A DNA stretch of 64,000 nt from Marispirochaeta sp. (lineage in GTDB: Bacteria > Spirochaetota > Spirochaetia > JC444 > Marispirochaetaceae), in assembly GCA_963676835.2 (NCBI GenBank), contig CAXXFF010000004.1:288001-352000 (forward strand), given 5' to 3'. Positions 9,849-20,825 of this stretch are shown here, one piece after another (position 1 is the stretch's first letter; each line of letters starts with the position of its first letter). Made by a program: the position numbers and the translations under genes. The notes below the pieces were generated by a model. The model saw only the letters and a program-made list of their open reading frames with translations. It did no database searches and had not been told where the DNA came from.

Positions 9849-11093
9849 CTAAGCCTTCAGCATCCGTACATCCATGCTGGACGGCGACTGATAAACCGCC
9901 AGCTCAAAGAACGAAATCGAAGCCAGAAGGTGATCAAAGATATCCGCCTGAAGGCTCTCGTAATTGGCCCATACCTGGTCATTGCTGAATACGTAGATCT
10001 CCAGGGGAAGGCCCTTGTCGGTGGGCTGTAGCTGACGCACCAGGAAGGTCATGTCATTATGGATTTTGGGATGCTCCCGCAGGTAGGCACTTATATAGGC
10101 GCGGAAGATTCCCACGTTGGTCATTCTGCGGCCGTTGATCATCTCCGAGGTGTTGGCCTTTCTGCTGCGGTTCTCCTCATCAATCTCTTTCAGCTTGCTG
10201 TCGATGTAGTCGCCCAATACATCTATACGGCGGAAGCGTTCTGTCATTTCCTGTGTGCAGAACTTGATGCTGTTCATATCCAGATTGATACTGCGCTTGA
10301 TACGCCTGCCGCCGGATTCGCTCATTCCCCGCCAGTTGCGGAAAGAGTTGGAAACCAGACTGTAAATAGGCACAGAGACAATGGTCTTGTCGAAGTTCTG
10401 CACCGTCACTGTCTGCAGGGTAAGATCAAGGACATCCCCGTCGGCTCCATAGGCAGGCACGGTTATCCAGTCCCCGATGCGAATCATATCGTTGCCGGTG
10501 AGCTGAATGGAAGCAACAAGGCCCATAATGGCGTCCTTGAAGACCAGAAGAATTATGGCACTCATGGCACCTATTCCGGAGAGAATACCAAGGGGCGACC
10601 GGTCAGCAAGGGTGGTGATAATAAGAACAATTCCGACAATCACCACAAATATTTTCAGTACCTGAAGATAGCCTTTTATGGGCCTGCTTTTGGAAATTTC
10701 ATAGGTTTTGTAGATAACATTGACTGCACTCAGCAGGGAGTTGATAACCAGAATACAGACCCCGGTAATATATGCCAGCACAAAGCGCTGCAGGATGATA
10801 CTTATTGAGGGAAGGGAACTGAAAATCGGCGGAATAAAAAGATAGATCAGCAGCGCCGGGATAATGCGGGTTGCCCGGGAAAGAACCCCCTGCTCCACAA
10901 TAATATCATCCCAGCGGGTGGATGTTCTGCGTACAATCCGCGAAACAACCTTTTTCAGAATCAGCCTGATTACCGCATTTATCAGAACACTGGCCAGCAG
11001 GAGAAGTAGAGATAACGAGAGGACGCTCAGAACTGAAGCATGGATCCCGGAGAAACCGAGATCCATAAAGAGCCTGGAAACTGCCTCGTTCAT
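9849..11093 (-). CDS. Mechanosensitive channel, MscS family (YbdG-like)
   Basis: IRIGDWI, YGADGDV, NWRGMSESGGRRIKRS, MTFLVRQLQP. Confidence 0.92.
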   Translation of the reverse strand: MNEAVSRLFMDLGFSGIHASVLSVLSLSLLLLLASVLINAVIRLILKKVVSRIVRRTSTRWDDIIVEQGVLSRATRIIPALLIYLFIPPIFSSLPSISIILQRFVLAYITGVCILVINSLLSAVNVIYKTYEISKSRPIKGYLQVLKIFVVIVGIVLIITTLADRSPLGILSGIGAMSAIILLVFKDAIMGLVASIQLTGNDMIRIGDWITVPAYGADGDVLDLTLQTVTVQNFDKTIVSVPIYSLVSNSFRNWRGMSESGGRRIKRSINLDMNSIKFCTQEMTERFRRIDVLGDYIDSKLKEIDEENRSRKANTSEMINGRRMTNVGIFRAYISAYLREHPKIHNDMTFLVRQLQPTDKGLPLEIYVFSNDQVWANYESLQADIFDHLLASISFFELAVYQSPSSMDVRMLKA

Positions 11094-12097
11094 GCCAGTC
11101 CCGGAAGATGCCGGGAAAGGACATCGTCCATCAGTTTGAGATCTTCTTCAGACAGGCGAACATCACCGGCCTTGGCATTTTCTGTTACCTGATCAACATT
11201 CCGCGCTCCCGCAAGTACATGGGTACATCCTGGCTGATGAAAGGTCCAGGCGATGGCAAGCTGGGCCAGATTCACCTTATGAGCTTCCGCCACCGGACTG
11301 AATTCATCCAGCATAGACAGAATCTTTTTCCTGTTTTCAATGCTGAAGCGGGGATTATCAAGCCGCTGATCCCCGGGGTTGAACTCCCGATCCGGCCCCA
11401 CCTTGCCGGTAAGCAGGCCCTGTCCGATGGGACTGTAAGCGAGAAATGCAAGGCCCTCCTTTTCGGCAAAACCGCGCTGTTCCGCAGCATGGGGCATATC
11501 CAGCATGGAGAATTTCTCCTGATCCGATGCAAGGGGCCCGACAGCCCCATAAGCCTTCATCTCTTCCGGACTTGCATTGCAGACACCGATTGCCCGGATC
11601 TTTCCCTGGTCCTTCATTTTCAGAAGCATAGCCATGGTGTCTTCGATTGGTGTGTTGAGCCGTTCCTGCCAGTGGGTCTGCATAAGGTCGATACAGTCGG
11701 TCTGCAGACGCTTCAGGCTTATTTCAATCTCGTTACGGACCGATTCAGGATCCAGGAAAATGTGAATATCCACCGGTTTCGGTCCAGCGGGAGTATCCAT
11801 CTGATGGGAGAAAAAGTAGCGCCCCACCTTCTCGTCCCAGCGCATACCGCACTTACTGGCAAGCACAACCTTGTCCCGGCGGTCGGCAATTGCTCTGCCC
11901 ACAACCTCCTCGGAGTGGCCGAAGCCGTAAATAGGAGCTGTATCTATAAAATCGATTCCTGCCTCAATTGCTGCATGTATAGCCCGAACGGCTTCGTTGT
12001 CGTCGGAACCGCCCCACTTCCAGCCGCCTATAGCCCAGGCGCCGAAGGCAACAACCGATGCATCTATCCCGGATTTTCCTAAAGGTCTTCTCAGCAT
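11090..12097 (-). CDS. Aldo/keto reductase
   Basis: FGAWAIGG, DTAPIYG, AYSPIGQGLLTGK. Confidence 0.93.
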   Translation of the reverse strand: MLRRPLGKSGIDASVVAFGAWAIGGWKWGGSDDNEAVRAIHAAIEAGIDFIDTAPIYGFGHSEEVVGRAIADRRDKVVLASKCGMRWDEKVGRYFFSHQMDTPAGPKPVDIHIFLDPESVRNEIEISLKRLQTDCIDLMQTHWQERLNTPIEDTMAMLLKMKDQGKIRAIGVCNASPEEMKAYGAVGPLASDQEKFSMLDMPHAAEQRGFAEKEGLAFLAYSPIGQGLLTGKVGPDREFNPGDQRLDNPRFSIENRKKILSMLDEFSPVAEAHKVNLAQLAIAWTFHQPGCTHVLAGARNVDQVTENAKAGDVRLSEEDLKLMDDVLSRHLPGLA

Positions 12098-12206
12098 GAC
12101 AAATCTCCTTTTGCATATTTCCTGTACCTCTAACCATACCAGAGGCTTAAGGTGAGGGCAAATAAAATTGTCTGGATTGAAGAGTCGAAACCACCTCCCC
12201 GGAATA

Positions 12207-13016
12207 TCACCGGAAAAGTGTTTTCATCCTCCAGTGAAGCCGAAGGTCAAAGAGACCCAAGAAAGAAGAGCCTCCAGGTTCCTTCTTTCTGCTCTTTTCA
12301 AGGATCCTGTTCAAAACCTGCCAGCGGTGAATATTCTCCAACGGAACTGGTTCCCGGCCGAAGTAGCCCTTCAGGTAGCTGTCCGCCAGCTTGTACCGGA
12401 ACAGAAAACTTGTCAGAATCCGGGGAAAGATACGGGTGTTGATTGCAGACAGGGATGCTGCAATATCTGCAAGAGGATCTCCGGCAAAAGCCTGTTTCCA
12501 GTCAATAAGAATCAGGCCGTTCTGTCCCTGCAGGATGTGACCGGGATGAAAAGCCCCATGGCACAGCCTGTCATTACGGCTTTTCATAACAAAAAGGAGC
12601 ATATTCTTTTTTATCTTTTCCGGGATGCCCCTGCATTCCTCTATTACAGGCTTATATATACGGTGGGCATCCGGCAGCCCTTCCGAGGGACGAATGTGCA
12701 GATTGCGATGCATCATTCCCAGACTCAAGCCTACTTCCCCGGCATTAATCAGCCGGATATCTTCGCATAGCGATCTTCCCCGGATAAAATCCATGGAAAT
12801 ACTGATTCTCCCCTGATGCTGGCCCGGCGGCTGCATGGCAACAGACTTGTCGTAGACCCGGTTGATAAAAACAGAACGTTCATACTCTTCGGTAGCCGCC
12901 ACAAGACTGTATCCGGGGAGAAACAGCTTTACCGCTTCGGTATCAGAAACCTTAAAAATATCTGCTGTTCTTCCCCGGGCAAGGAGCTCCCACTCTCCGG
13001 GAGATTTTATTTTCAT
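12207..13016 (-). CDS. APH-family phosphotransferase-like protein
   Basis: GRTADIF, LCHGAFHPGHI, LIDW; usual HGD Asp replaced by Ala. Confidence 0.7.
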   Translation of the reverse strand: MKIKSPGEWELLARGRTADIFKVSDTEAVKLFLPGYSLVAATEEYERSVFINRVYDKSVAMQPPGQHQGRISISMDFIRGRSLCEDIRLINAGEVGLSLGMMHRNLHIRPSEGLPDAHRIYKPVIEECRGIPEKIKKNMLLFVMKSRNDRLCHGAFHPGHILQGQNGLILIDWKQAFAGDPLADIAASLSAINTRIFPRILTSFLFRYKLADSYLKGYFGREPVPLENIHRWQVLNRILEKSRKKEPGGSSFLGLFDLRLHWRMKTLFR

Positions 13017-13140
13017 GGGCCAATGGTATCATGGAGGGTAATTTCTAAAAAGCCGATAATTTCCTTAAGCCTCAGGTTGCCATATACGGGCATAAGATAT
13101 AGTGTATACAAAACCTGTTGCTGCAGAAAACGGAGACATC

Positions 13141-14136
13141 ATGCTCGCTGCCTTTATACGTCTTATCGGCCTTGTCCTTACGGGGTACCTGATTTTCAGA
13201 TCTGAAAAAATCCGCAAGAAATTCCTGCCTGTTGCCTCCATGCTCACCCTGAATTTTCTTTTTCCGTCCTATTACATTACCCGCTATGGAATGACCTGGG
13301 ATGCCGCCTTCAGCAAAGGCGCCTATTGGATGCCCATCTTTTTTGTTATGTGCACCCTTACCCTGTTTGTTCAGTACATGATCATCCGGGGTCTTTTGAA
13401 ATACACTAAGATCTTTTCCTCCCTGGCGGATGACCATAAAACCGAGTTTATGCTGCTCTTTGCGGTTCACAATCTGGGATACGTACCCCTGCCTATTTTT
13501 GAGGCCATTGCCCCGCCGGAAATGCTGATTTACCTGTTTACCTACATAATGGCCTACCAGCTGATCTTCTGGAGCCTGGCGGTGAACGTAATTAAACACA
13601 AACCGGGCGAGCCCTTTCAGATGAACTTCCGCTTCAGCGTTCCTTTCTATGGAATACTTATGGGTATTCTTCTGGCTTCAACGGGCCTTTACGACTACAT
13701 CCCCCGGATAATTGCCGCTCCTGTGGAAAAATATTCCCGCTTTGCCATGGATGCCATCATGATTATACTCGGCGGGATCCTTGCTGGAGTCCCCAGGGGC
13801 AACCTCAAAGACCATAAAGAGTTTCTCCCCTTTCTACTCTACCGTCAGGTTCTCTACCCCCTGACGGTTCTGATTGTGTTTGTTGTACTCAGACTGGTTT
13901 TCAAGGGGCCTGCCCTGTTTCCGGGAGCCGGCATTGATATCAGCAACACCTGGCGCTGGCTGCAGCTTTTTCTGGTAATTGAGGCCGCAGTGCCCCCTGC
14001 CACCAACATTATGGTTGCCATCCAGAACTATGGACGGCCGGAACAGCTGGCCTACTCCGGCAACGGAATCATCATCTCCTACCTGGGAGCCGCAGTGAGT
14101 CTGCCGGTATTCGTTATTCTTGCTTACTATGTTTAA
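13141..14136 (+). CDS. AEC (auxin efflux carrier) family transporter
   Basis: NLGYVPLPI, AVPPATN, multiple TM helices. Confidence 0.8.
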   Translation: MLAAFIRLIGLVLTGYLIFRSEKIRKKFLPVASMLTLNFLFPSYYITRYGMTWDAAFSKGAYWMPIFFVMCTLTLFVQYMIIRGLLKYTKIFSSLADDHKTEFMLLFAVHNLGYVPLPIFEAIAPPEMLIYLFTYIMAYQLIFWSLAVNVIKHKPGEPFQMNFRFSVPFYGILMGILLASTGLYDYIPRIIAAPVEKYSRFAMDAIMIILGGILAGVPRGNLKDHKEFLPFLLYRQVLYPLTVLIVFVVLRLVFKGPALFPGAGIDISNTWRWLQLFLVIEAAVPPATNIMVAIQNYGRPEQLAYSGNGIIISYLGAAVSLPVFVILAYYV

Positions 14137-14144
14137 AGCTCTCT

Positions 14145-17100
14145 TTATGGCTTCTGCAAATATCGATTAAGACAGCCGAACAGGGACTTCTCGTTTACCG
14201 GTTTTGCAATAAAGTCATTCATCCCGGCATCATAGCAGCGTTGTATGTCTTCAGGGAAAGTATGGGCGGTTAGAGCAATTATAGTAACCGGTGAAGTCCC
14301 ATGCTGCTCCTCATACTCCCGGATAGCCCGGGCTGCCTCTATCCCGCTCATTTTCGGCATACTCAGATCCATGAGTATCAGACCGTATGATTTCCGGGTA
14401 GCCGCTTCAAATGCTTCCTGACCATTTACCGCAGTATCTATATCAAAGCCTTTTGACACCAGGAGGCTGCGTAGATAGAGCCGGTTTATAGCCTCATCCT
14501 CACACAGGAGTACCGTGTAGGAAAGATTTTCAAGCCGGGGCGGCTCTTCTGCTTCCAGTGGCTCTGCAGCTGGCTGTTCGGGAGCCGGGGCAAGGGGAAT
14601 AAGCAGAGTAAAGCGGGTCCCTTCTTCGGGTTTACTGGCAACCTTAATGCTCCCATGCATACTCTCCACCAGCTGCTTTACAATTGCCAGACCAAGGCCG
14701 ACACCGCGGGTTTTTTTGGTGTACCCCGAGTCCAGCTGCAGAAAACTGTCAAAAATTCTCTCCGCATCCTGCTCAGGAATCCCCACACCGGTATCTATAA
14801 CCTCAATACAGTACATATCAGTGATGTCATCTTTCAGAATGAGCTCAATACCGCCCTGTTCGGTATATTTGACCGCATTGCTGAGAAGATTGGCAACAAT
14901 CTGGATGAGCCGTCCCTCGTCTCCCAGTACCTTATCCGGCAGACTTTTCAGCTCTGAACGATAGCGGTAGGTCAGTCCTTTTTCTTCCGCAAGACTCAAA
15001 AATACTCGATTCAGGTAATCCATAACCGAGGTGAGCTGAAACGGTTCACTTACCAGCTGCAGAGATCCAGCTTGAAGACTCTCAAAATCCAGAAGATCAT
15101 TCACCAGGCGGTTAAGGCTGTTAACCGCAGTTTTTGACTGTTCAATATAGGATCGCTGCTCACCGCTCAGCCGGGTTCCTCCCAGCATGGAGAGCATACC
15201 GAAAATCCCGGTAAGGGGAGTGCGGATTTCATGGCTCATATTGGCCATAAACAGCCCTTTGGCCCGGTTAGCCTCCTCCGCTGCCAGCCTGGCCTCCTCA
15301 ATCTCCCGGGTGCGTTCAATAACCTTCCGGTCCAGCTCTTCGGCCCGCTGTTCCTGCTCGACCAGCTTTGCTTCTGCCAGCAGAGCCTTACGGCTGTTAA
15401 AATAAACGAACATAAGCACAAGCAGCACAAGAAGAACCTGATACACAATTTTCGCAGGAAGAGACCAGTACCATGGGGGAAGAACCCGCACAGAAAGGGA
15501 GATCCCCTCACGGTTCCAGTTGCCCTGACTTCCCGCTCCTGTAACCCGCAGGGTATACAGACCCGGGTCAAGGTTTGTGTAGCGCAGGGGTTCACGCTGA
15601 TCAAGATTAATCCACTGGTCATCGAAACCCTCAAGACGGTAGGCGTAGACATTATGCTCGGGAGCAGAATAATCCAGAGCGGAAAACTCCACAGAGAAAA
15701 ACCGGTCTGTATGGGAAAGCCGCAGCTCCTGTCTTTTTCCTGATTTGATGACCGTAAATGGAGCTGGATCAATTTTTCGCCCCATGACCTCCAGCCCAAC
15801 AATAACCACAGGAGGCACATATCCGGAGCCGCCCTCTTTGGGGTTGGTTACAACGGTAACACCATTTATACCACCCACAAAAACTTCGCCTTCCCGCCCT
15901 TTGGCAAACCCGTTGGTAAGCTCATCGGTGTAGAGCCCGTTGGTGCTTTTAATGGAGCGAATACTTCCCGAATCCGGCTCAAAGACCGATATCCCCCGGT
16001 TGGTACTCAGCCAGAGCTCTCCCGGGCGGTATTCGAGGATTCCGGTAATAAAATTACTTACCAGACCATCCCGGCGGCTGATATAACTGAAATCCCCTGT
16101 CCCGGAATGATAGAGATTCAGCCCGCCGGTTGTCCCGGCCCAGATTCTGCCTTTTGAATCCTCAAAAAGTGCCCGGATATTTGCGTCACTGAGTGTGCGG
16201 GTATCCATATGCTGATGCAGATGGGAAGTAATTCTTCCCCCTTCAGGATCATAGGAGTTAAGACCCCGGTTGGTGCCCAGCCATATGCTGCCGGCAGAAT
16301 CCTCAATAATGACCCGGACAAGATTATCTGAAATACGGTAGACCGCATCCTCATCCGAGGAGAATGAGAGAACCTGTCCGGTCTTTCTGTTTACGGCAAC
16401 AGCGCCGGCACTGTTTGTGCCGAACCACAGCTGACCCCGGGAATCTTCAAGGATGGAAAAGATTGTTCCCTCGGGAATCGGAAAATCAGGATCCCCGGGA
16501 TAGATACGCTGAAAGTCGTCGGTCTCCTTCCGGTAGCGGTTGAGTCCGTCGTTGGTGCCGATCCACAGCTCTCCCCCATGGTCGCGGTAGATCGTATTTA
16601 CAATATCGTTACTGAGACTTGTTTCATCTTCCTGTGAGTAACGGTAATGTTCCATGACGCCAGAATCCGGATGCCAGAGGTGGAGTCCCCCGGAGTAGAC
16701 ACCGATCCAGACAGATCCGTCTTCATTCTGGAGAACCGCTTCAACTTTGCCGGGAGGCAGTGACTCCGGGTCGGCAGGATCGTTGACCAGAAACTCATAG
16801 CGGTTTTTCCACTCCACATACTTGCTTATGCCGCCGCCGTTGGTTCCTATCCAGAGAATCCCCGAGGCATCCTCAAAAATGGAGTAAACCACATCATGCT
16901 TCAGCCCGTCACCGGTAAGGGGAGTCGATTCGGTTATGTGTTCAGTTTTTCCCGTATCCGGATCGAGAACGATAAGCCCGCCGCCCCAGGTTCCTGCCCA
17001 GAGACGCCCCCTGGAATCAACAAAAACCTGATACACATCCTTATAGGGGAGCTCAAATGTTTTTACCCCGCCGCTGCGGGTATCAAAACGGCTCACACCT

Positions 17101-17849
17101 CCTCCCCAGAATCCAAGATAGAGAGCCCCTGAATCCCGGGGATCCTGGACAATGCTCATCACATAGGGAGACGGAAGGGATTCGGCATAAACGGTAAAGC
17201 TATCATCCTCAGAGGGATTATACCGGCAGAGCCCTGCATAGGTGCCGGCCCATAATACTCCCTGATCATCCACAAACAGAGTTCGGATAACACTGTTTGG
17301 AAGGGTTCCCTCCACATCTTCTTCCGCAAAATAGCGGCGGAATGTACCGGCCTCTTCATCCAGACAGTTGAGCCCGTCCAGGGTGCCCGCCCAGAGCCGC
17401 CCTTCTGCATCCCGCACAATGGAAACAACCACATTGTGGCTCAGGGAGGAGGGATCGTCATCATCTCTGGCATAGACGGTAAACTCTCCGGTATCCGGAT
17501 CAAGACGGTTGAGCCCGCCATAGGTCCCGAGCCAGATAATACCGTCATCCTCGATATACATAGTCTGAATAAGGTTATGGGAGAGAGTATTGCGGTTGAA
17601 GGGATCGTGTTCATACAGGGTAAAATCATAGCCGTCGTACCGGTTTAATCCTGCCTGGGTGGCAAACCAGAGAAAGCCGTTATTATCCTGCCCGATTTTA
17701 GAGACCGATGAACTGGCAAGACCATCGCTGGTTGTGAGAGAGTCAAAACGGAGATTTTCGGGAAGAGGCACTGCAGAAAGGACTGAACCAAGAAAAACAA
17801 GTAGAAGCAGCCGAAGAGCCGCCGGTCTTAAACCAAAGAGTACATCCAC
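14145..17849 (-). CDS. Hybrid sensor histidine kinase: beta-propeller/Y_Y_Y sensor, HisKA-HATPase, receiver
   Basis: Repeated D..G.LW.GT..GL, YAYRLEGFD, MSHEIRTPL, GVGLGL, LMDLSMP. Confidence 0.93.
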   Translation of the reverse strand: MDVLFGLRPAALRLLLLVFLGSVLSAVPLPENLRFDSLTTSDGLASSSVSKIGQDNNGFLWFATQAGLNRYDGYDFTLYEHDPFNRNTLSHNLIQTMYIEDDGIIWLGTYGGLNRLDPDTGEFTVYARDDDDPSSLSHNVVVSIVRDAEGRLWAGTLDGLNCLDEEAGTFRRYFAEEDVEGTLPNSVIRTLFVDDQGVLWAGTYAGLCRYNPSEDDSFTVYAESLPSPYVMSIVQDPRDSGALYLGFWGGGVSRFDTRSGGVKTFELPYKDVYQVFVDSRGRLWAGTWGGGLIVLDPDTGKTEHITESTPLTGDGLKHDVVYSIFEDASGILWIGTNGGGISKYVEWKNRYEFLVNDPADPESLPPGKVEAVLQNEDGSVWIGVYSGGLHLWHPDSGVMEHYRYSQEDETSLSNDIVNTIYRDHGGELWIGTNDGLNRYRKETDDFQRIYPGDPDFPIPEGTIFSILEDSRGQLWFGTNSAGAVAVNRKTGQVLSFSSDEDAVYRISDNLVRVIIEDSAGSIWLGTNRGLNSYDPEGGRITSHLHQHMDTRTLSDANIRALFEDSKGRIWAGTTGGLNLYHSGTGDFSYISRRDGLVSNFITGILEYRPGELWLSTNRGISVFEPDSGSIRSIKSTNGLYTDELTNGFAKGREGEVFVGGINGVTVVTNPKEGGSGYVPPVVIVGLEVMGRKIDPAPFTVIKSGKRQELRLSHTDRFFSVEFSALDYSAPEHNVYAYRLEGFDDQWINLDQREPLRYTNLDPGLYTLRVTGAGSQGNWNREGISLSVRVLPPWYWSLPAKIVYQVLLVLLVLMFVYFNSRKALLAEAKLVEQEQRAEELDRKVIERTREIEEARLAAEEANRAKGLFMANMSHEIRTPLTGIFGMLSMLGGTRLSGEQRSYIEQSKTAVNSLNRLVNDLLDFESLQAGSLQLVSEPFQLTSVMDYLNRVFLSLAEEKGLTYRYRSELKSLPDKVLGDEGRLIQIVANLLSNAVKYTEQGGIELILKDDITDMYCIEVIDTGVGIPEQDAERIFDSFLQLDSGYTKKTRGVGLGLAIVKQLVESMHGSIKVASKPEEGTRFTLLIPLAPAPEQPAAEPLEAEEPPRLENLSYTVLLCEDEAINRLYLRSLLVSKGFDIDTAVNGQEAFEAATRKSYGLILMDLSMPKMSGIEAARAIREYEEQHGTSPVTIIALTAHTFPEDIQRCYDAGMNDFIAKPVNEKSLFGCLNRYLQKP

Positions 17850-17891
17850 ATAAACAAGTATAAAATAAGCGCAGGAAAGAGCAAGCTTTTT

Positions 17892-19553
17892 CTAGTAGGC
17901 GGCAAAACCGAATATCAGCAGGCCGCTGAAGAAAAACACCAGCACCGTATGCAGATTGGGCATCATTTTGCGCACCGTTGCTGCATAAGCCTTCCCCGCT
18001 CCTGTTTTAAGTCCCAGAAATATGAGTATCCCCGCAGGAATCAGGTACAGAACCGTTGAAAGCTTATTCAGACTCCAGAGAGAGGGAGCGGAAGAGACCT
18101 TTCCCGGCTCAATCAGGAAGGCAATAATCCGGCTGACGGTGCTGCCGAAAACTCCTGCAGCAATACAGAGAACAGCAAGGAAAAACAGGGTAATGCCTTC
18201 CAGAACAGCTTTAGAAGCGGACTCTGTTTCCCTCAGATCCACTGACATCGAAGGTGAAGGCAGATAAATCCTGCTCAGCTTGATAAAGCTTGCCACCGTC
18301 ATAAAACCGGTAAGCCATATAAGGTAATAGGCGGGGGATCCTTTCATGGCATAGCTGATAAAGGCCTTGCTGGCATATCCGTTGAAGGGTGGCATTCCGG
18401 CAATGGAGGCTGCCGCGACAAAGAAGGTGATCGCCGCCAGGGGTATCTCCCTTCCCAGAGGGCGAATGACATACAGGTTTCTGCTTTTTCCACGCTCAAC
18501 CGCCATACCTACGGTGAGAAACAGCAGGCTTTTAAACAGGGCATGATTTACCGCATGAAACACCGAGGCACTGAAGCCGGCAGCAGTACCGGTACCGAAT
18601 ACCGCCAGGATATAGCCCATCTGCGAGACGGAGTGAAATGCAAGCAGCCGTTTGGCATCGGACTGAGCCAGGGCATAGAGCACCGCCGCAAGGGCCGTAA
18701 GGGCACCAATCCAGAGCAGCAGGGAATAGAGGTAGTCGCCGTTAAAGGCAACGAGAATACGCACCATGGCAAAGAATGATATTTTTATCAGCACCCCGGA
18801 AAGGAGAGCAGAAACCGGATGGGGAGCAAAGGCATGGGCTTCCGGCAGCCAGGTATGAAAGGGAATGAAGGCGGTACGGACTCCGATACCGACACAGAGG
18901 GAGGCCAGAGCAAAGTGGACAGCTTTTCCGGAAACTCCTGCTCCGGGACTTTCAAGAGCTTTATGAATCAAATCAAGAGAAAGAACCCCAAGTTCACGGT
19001 AAATAAGAAATACCCCGAAAAGAAAAAAGAGAATGCCCACAGAACTGAGAATCAGATACTTGAATCCCGCCACCAGGGATGCAGGGCTCTGCTCATAGAC
19101 AATAAGCATATAGGCGGCTATGGCTACAATCTCGAAACAGACAAACATGGTAAAGAGATCCCCCGTTAATGCCACCCCTATAAGACCCGCAGCCATGAGG
19201 GACAGGAAAAGGTAGTAGGCGGAGGAAAACTTTTTAGACCCGAAAGAAAACAGTCCGGAAAAAAAAGAGAGCAGGGAAACCAGGATAATGGAGATCCAGG
19301 CAAAGCCGTCAAGCACGAGGCTTATTCCCCATGGTTCAGGCCAGCCGCCCAGGGAGTAGACTATTCTGCCGCCTTCATACACCTCCGGTAAAAAGGGGGC
19401 AGCTATAAGTCCCGGGAGAAGAATTGAAACAATAGAAACAAAGGAGAGGGCTCTTCCGGCGGAGGGGAAGATTTTCCCGAACAGTGCAAGGGCACCGCCG
19501 GTCATGGGGAGAGCTATCATCAGAGGAATCAGAGGAGTCAGTGTTTCACTCAT
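17892..19553 (-). CDS. mrpD: Na+/H+ antiporter subunit D / MbhH-like
   Basis: TGDLFTMFVCFE, PFHTWLPEAH, KRLLAFHSVSQMG. Confidence 0.85.
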   Translation of the reverse strand: MSETLTPLIPLMIALPMTGGALALFGKIFPSAGRALSFVSIVSILLPGLIAAPFLPEVYEGGRIVYSLGGWPEPWGISLVLDGFAWISIILVSLLSFFSGLFSFGSKKFSSAYYLFLSLMAAGLIGVALTGDLFTMFVCFEIVAIAAYMLIVYEQSPASLVAGFKYLILSSVGILFFLFGVFLIYRELGVLSLDLIHKALESPGAGVSGKAVHFALASLCVGIGVRTAFIPFHTWLPEAHAFAPHPVSALLSGVLIKISFFAMVRILVAFNGDYLYSLLLWIGALTALAAVLYALAQSDAKRLLAFHSVSQMGYILAVFGTGTAAGFSASVFHAVNHALFKSLLFLTVGMAVERGKSRNLYVIRPLGREIPLAAITFFVAAASIAGMPPFNGYASKAFISYAMKGSPAYYLIWLTGFMTVASFIKLSRIYLPSPSMSVDLRETESASKAVLEGITLFFLAVLCIAAGVFGSTVSRIIAFLIEPGKVSSAPSLWSLNKLSTVLYLIPAGILIFLGLKTGAGKAYAATVRKMMPNLHTVLVFFFSGLLIFGFAAY

Positions 19554-19893
19554 CAATCTTCCAGGCCTGTAGTTCAATTTCCCTTATATCCAGGGTATTA
19601 AAGCGCTGAAAAAGGGCATCGCACAGGGCCAGGGCCAGGGCGACAATACAGACTCCCACAACAATGGCAGTCAGCATGAGCGCCTGGGGCAAGGGGTCAA
19701 CCATGGCGCTGTGCTCCGCACCGCTTCCCTCAATGGGGGCAATAGTACCGGAGAAAGACCCGTAGTAGAGAAACAGAAGAATAATACCGCTGTTGGCGAT
19801 GCTCAGTGCCATTACCTTCTTAACAATGTTCGGTTTTCGTAAAACTCCCCAGAGTCCCACAAGAAAAACCGCCCCGGTCAGATACCAGATCAC
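19546..19893 (-). CDS. mrpC: Antiporter subunit C
   Basis: DPLPQALMLTAIVVG. Confidence 0.9.
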   Translation of the reverse strand: MIWYLTGAVFLVGLWGVLRKPNIVKKVMALSIANSGIILLFLYYGSFSGTIAPIEGSGAEHSAMVDPLPQALMLTAIVVGVCIVALALALCDALFQRFNTLDIREIELQAWKIDE

Positions 19894-20318
19894 TCTTCCT
19901 CCCGATTATCCTGAAACAGACGTATGCAGATAAGGCTGATACCGGCTCCTACCTTCAGCCCGATGATCACGTTAAAAATCAGAATCAATGAGATTCTGGG
20001 GCCCTCAGAAGCTTCAACGGCCCCGCCAAGCAGCCCGAGAAAGCCGGTACCGTAGAGGGCGCCGGCAAAGCCGATAAGAAGGAGCAACAAAAATCCCACA
20101 GCCTCGATTAGAGAAAGGGCCCGATACGGATACAGTCTCTCCACGGCATCGATCCCCCGGCTTACGCTCATGAGAATCACCGCCGAGGCAATGACCACCC
20201 CGCCCTGGAACCCGCCGCCGGGAGAAAGATGCCCGTATGCGAGAAGATAAAAACCGAAAAGCAGCATAAAGGGGGTCAGCTTCCGGGAAACGAGATCAAG
20301 AATATCACTCTTCTCCAT
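19890..20318 (-). CDS. mrpB: MnhB-domain antiporter subunit
   Basis: GHLSPGGGFQGG. Confidence 0.88.
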   Translation of the reverse strand: MEKSDILDLVSRKLTPFMLLFGFYLLAYGHLSPGGGFQGGVVIASAVILMSVSRGIDAVERLYPYRALSLIEAVGFLLLLLIGFAGALYGTGFLGLLGGAVEASEGPRISLILIFNVIIGLKVGAGISLICIRLFQDNREEE

Positions 20319-20595
20319 GATTCCCCCCGGTAAGATAGAGCACTCCGGAAACAGCAAGGAGAAGCACAATAGTTTCCCCCAGGGTATCGAAAGCCCGGAA
20401 ACCGAGATAGATGGAGGTAACCAGATTCAGGGCTCCGGTCTCCGCCTCTCCGTTGGCCACAATGTAATCCCGGATGGTACTGGCCTCCGGATGAGGACCG
20501 GAAAGGGCTGTAAAAAGAAAAAGCCCCACCAGAAGGACCAGGGCAATCTCAAGCCCTCCCCGAACCAATTTAAAAAGCCGCCGCCCCTGTTTCAT
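20305..20595 (-). CDS. MbhE-like subunit
   Basis: NLVTSIYLGFRAFDTLGE. Confidence 0.85.
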   Translation of the reverse strand: MKQGRRLFKLVRGGLEIALVLLVGLFLFTALSGPHPEASTIRDYIVANGEAETGALNLVTSIYLGFRAFDTLGETIVLLLAVSGVLYLTGGNHGEE

Positions 20596-20825
20596 GTATC
20601 ATCCCTCCGGCCGGTGCGGTGGACAATCCAGATCATAACCAGGGTTCCAACCCCGGTTCCCACAGCGGCTTCCGTCAGGGCTACATCGGGAGCGTGGTAG
20701 AGAAAAAAGACCAGGCAGCTGAGCAGACTGAATACCCCGAGCATAAGCACAGCCGCAAGCATATCCTTCAACTGAAGGGCGATAACTCCGCTTATGAGCA
20801 TGAGAATCAGCAGGATTTCAACCAT
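20592..20825 (-). CDS. MbhD/DUF4040-like subunit
   Basis: APDVALTEAAVG. Confidence 0.85.
   Translation of the reverse strand: MVEILLILMLISGVIALQLKDMLAAVLMLGVFSLLSCLVFFLYHAPDVALTEAAVGTGVGTLVMIWIVHRTGRRDDT

Noticed and set aside
11108..12082. 324-aa antisense ORF and similar long shadows elsewhere
   Set aside because: Opposite well-supported genes, with no recognisable motifs.
14145..17849. Bacteroides-type hybrid two-component system
   Set aside because: Ends at the receiver domain with no AraC HTH; an ordinary hybrid kinase.
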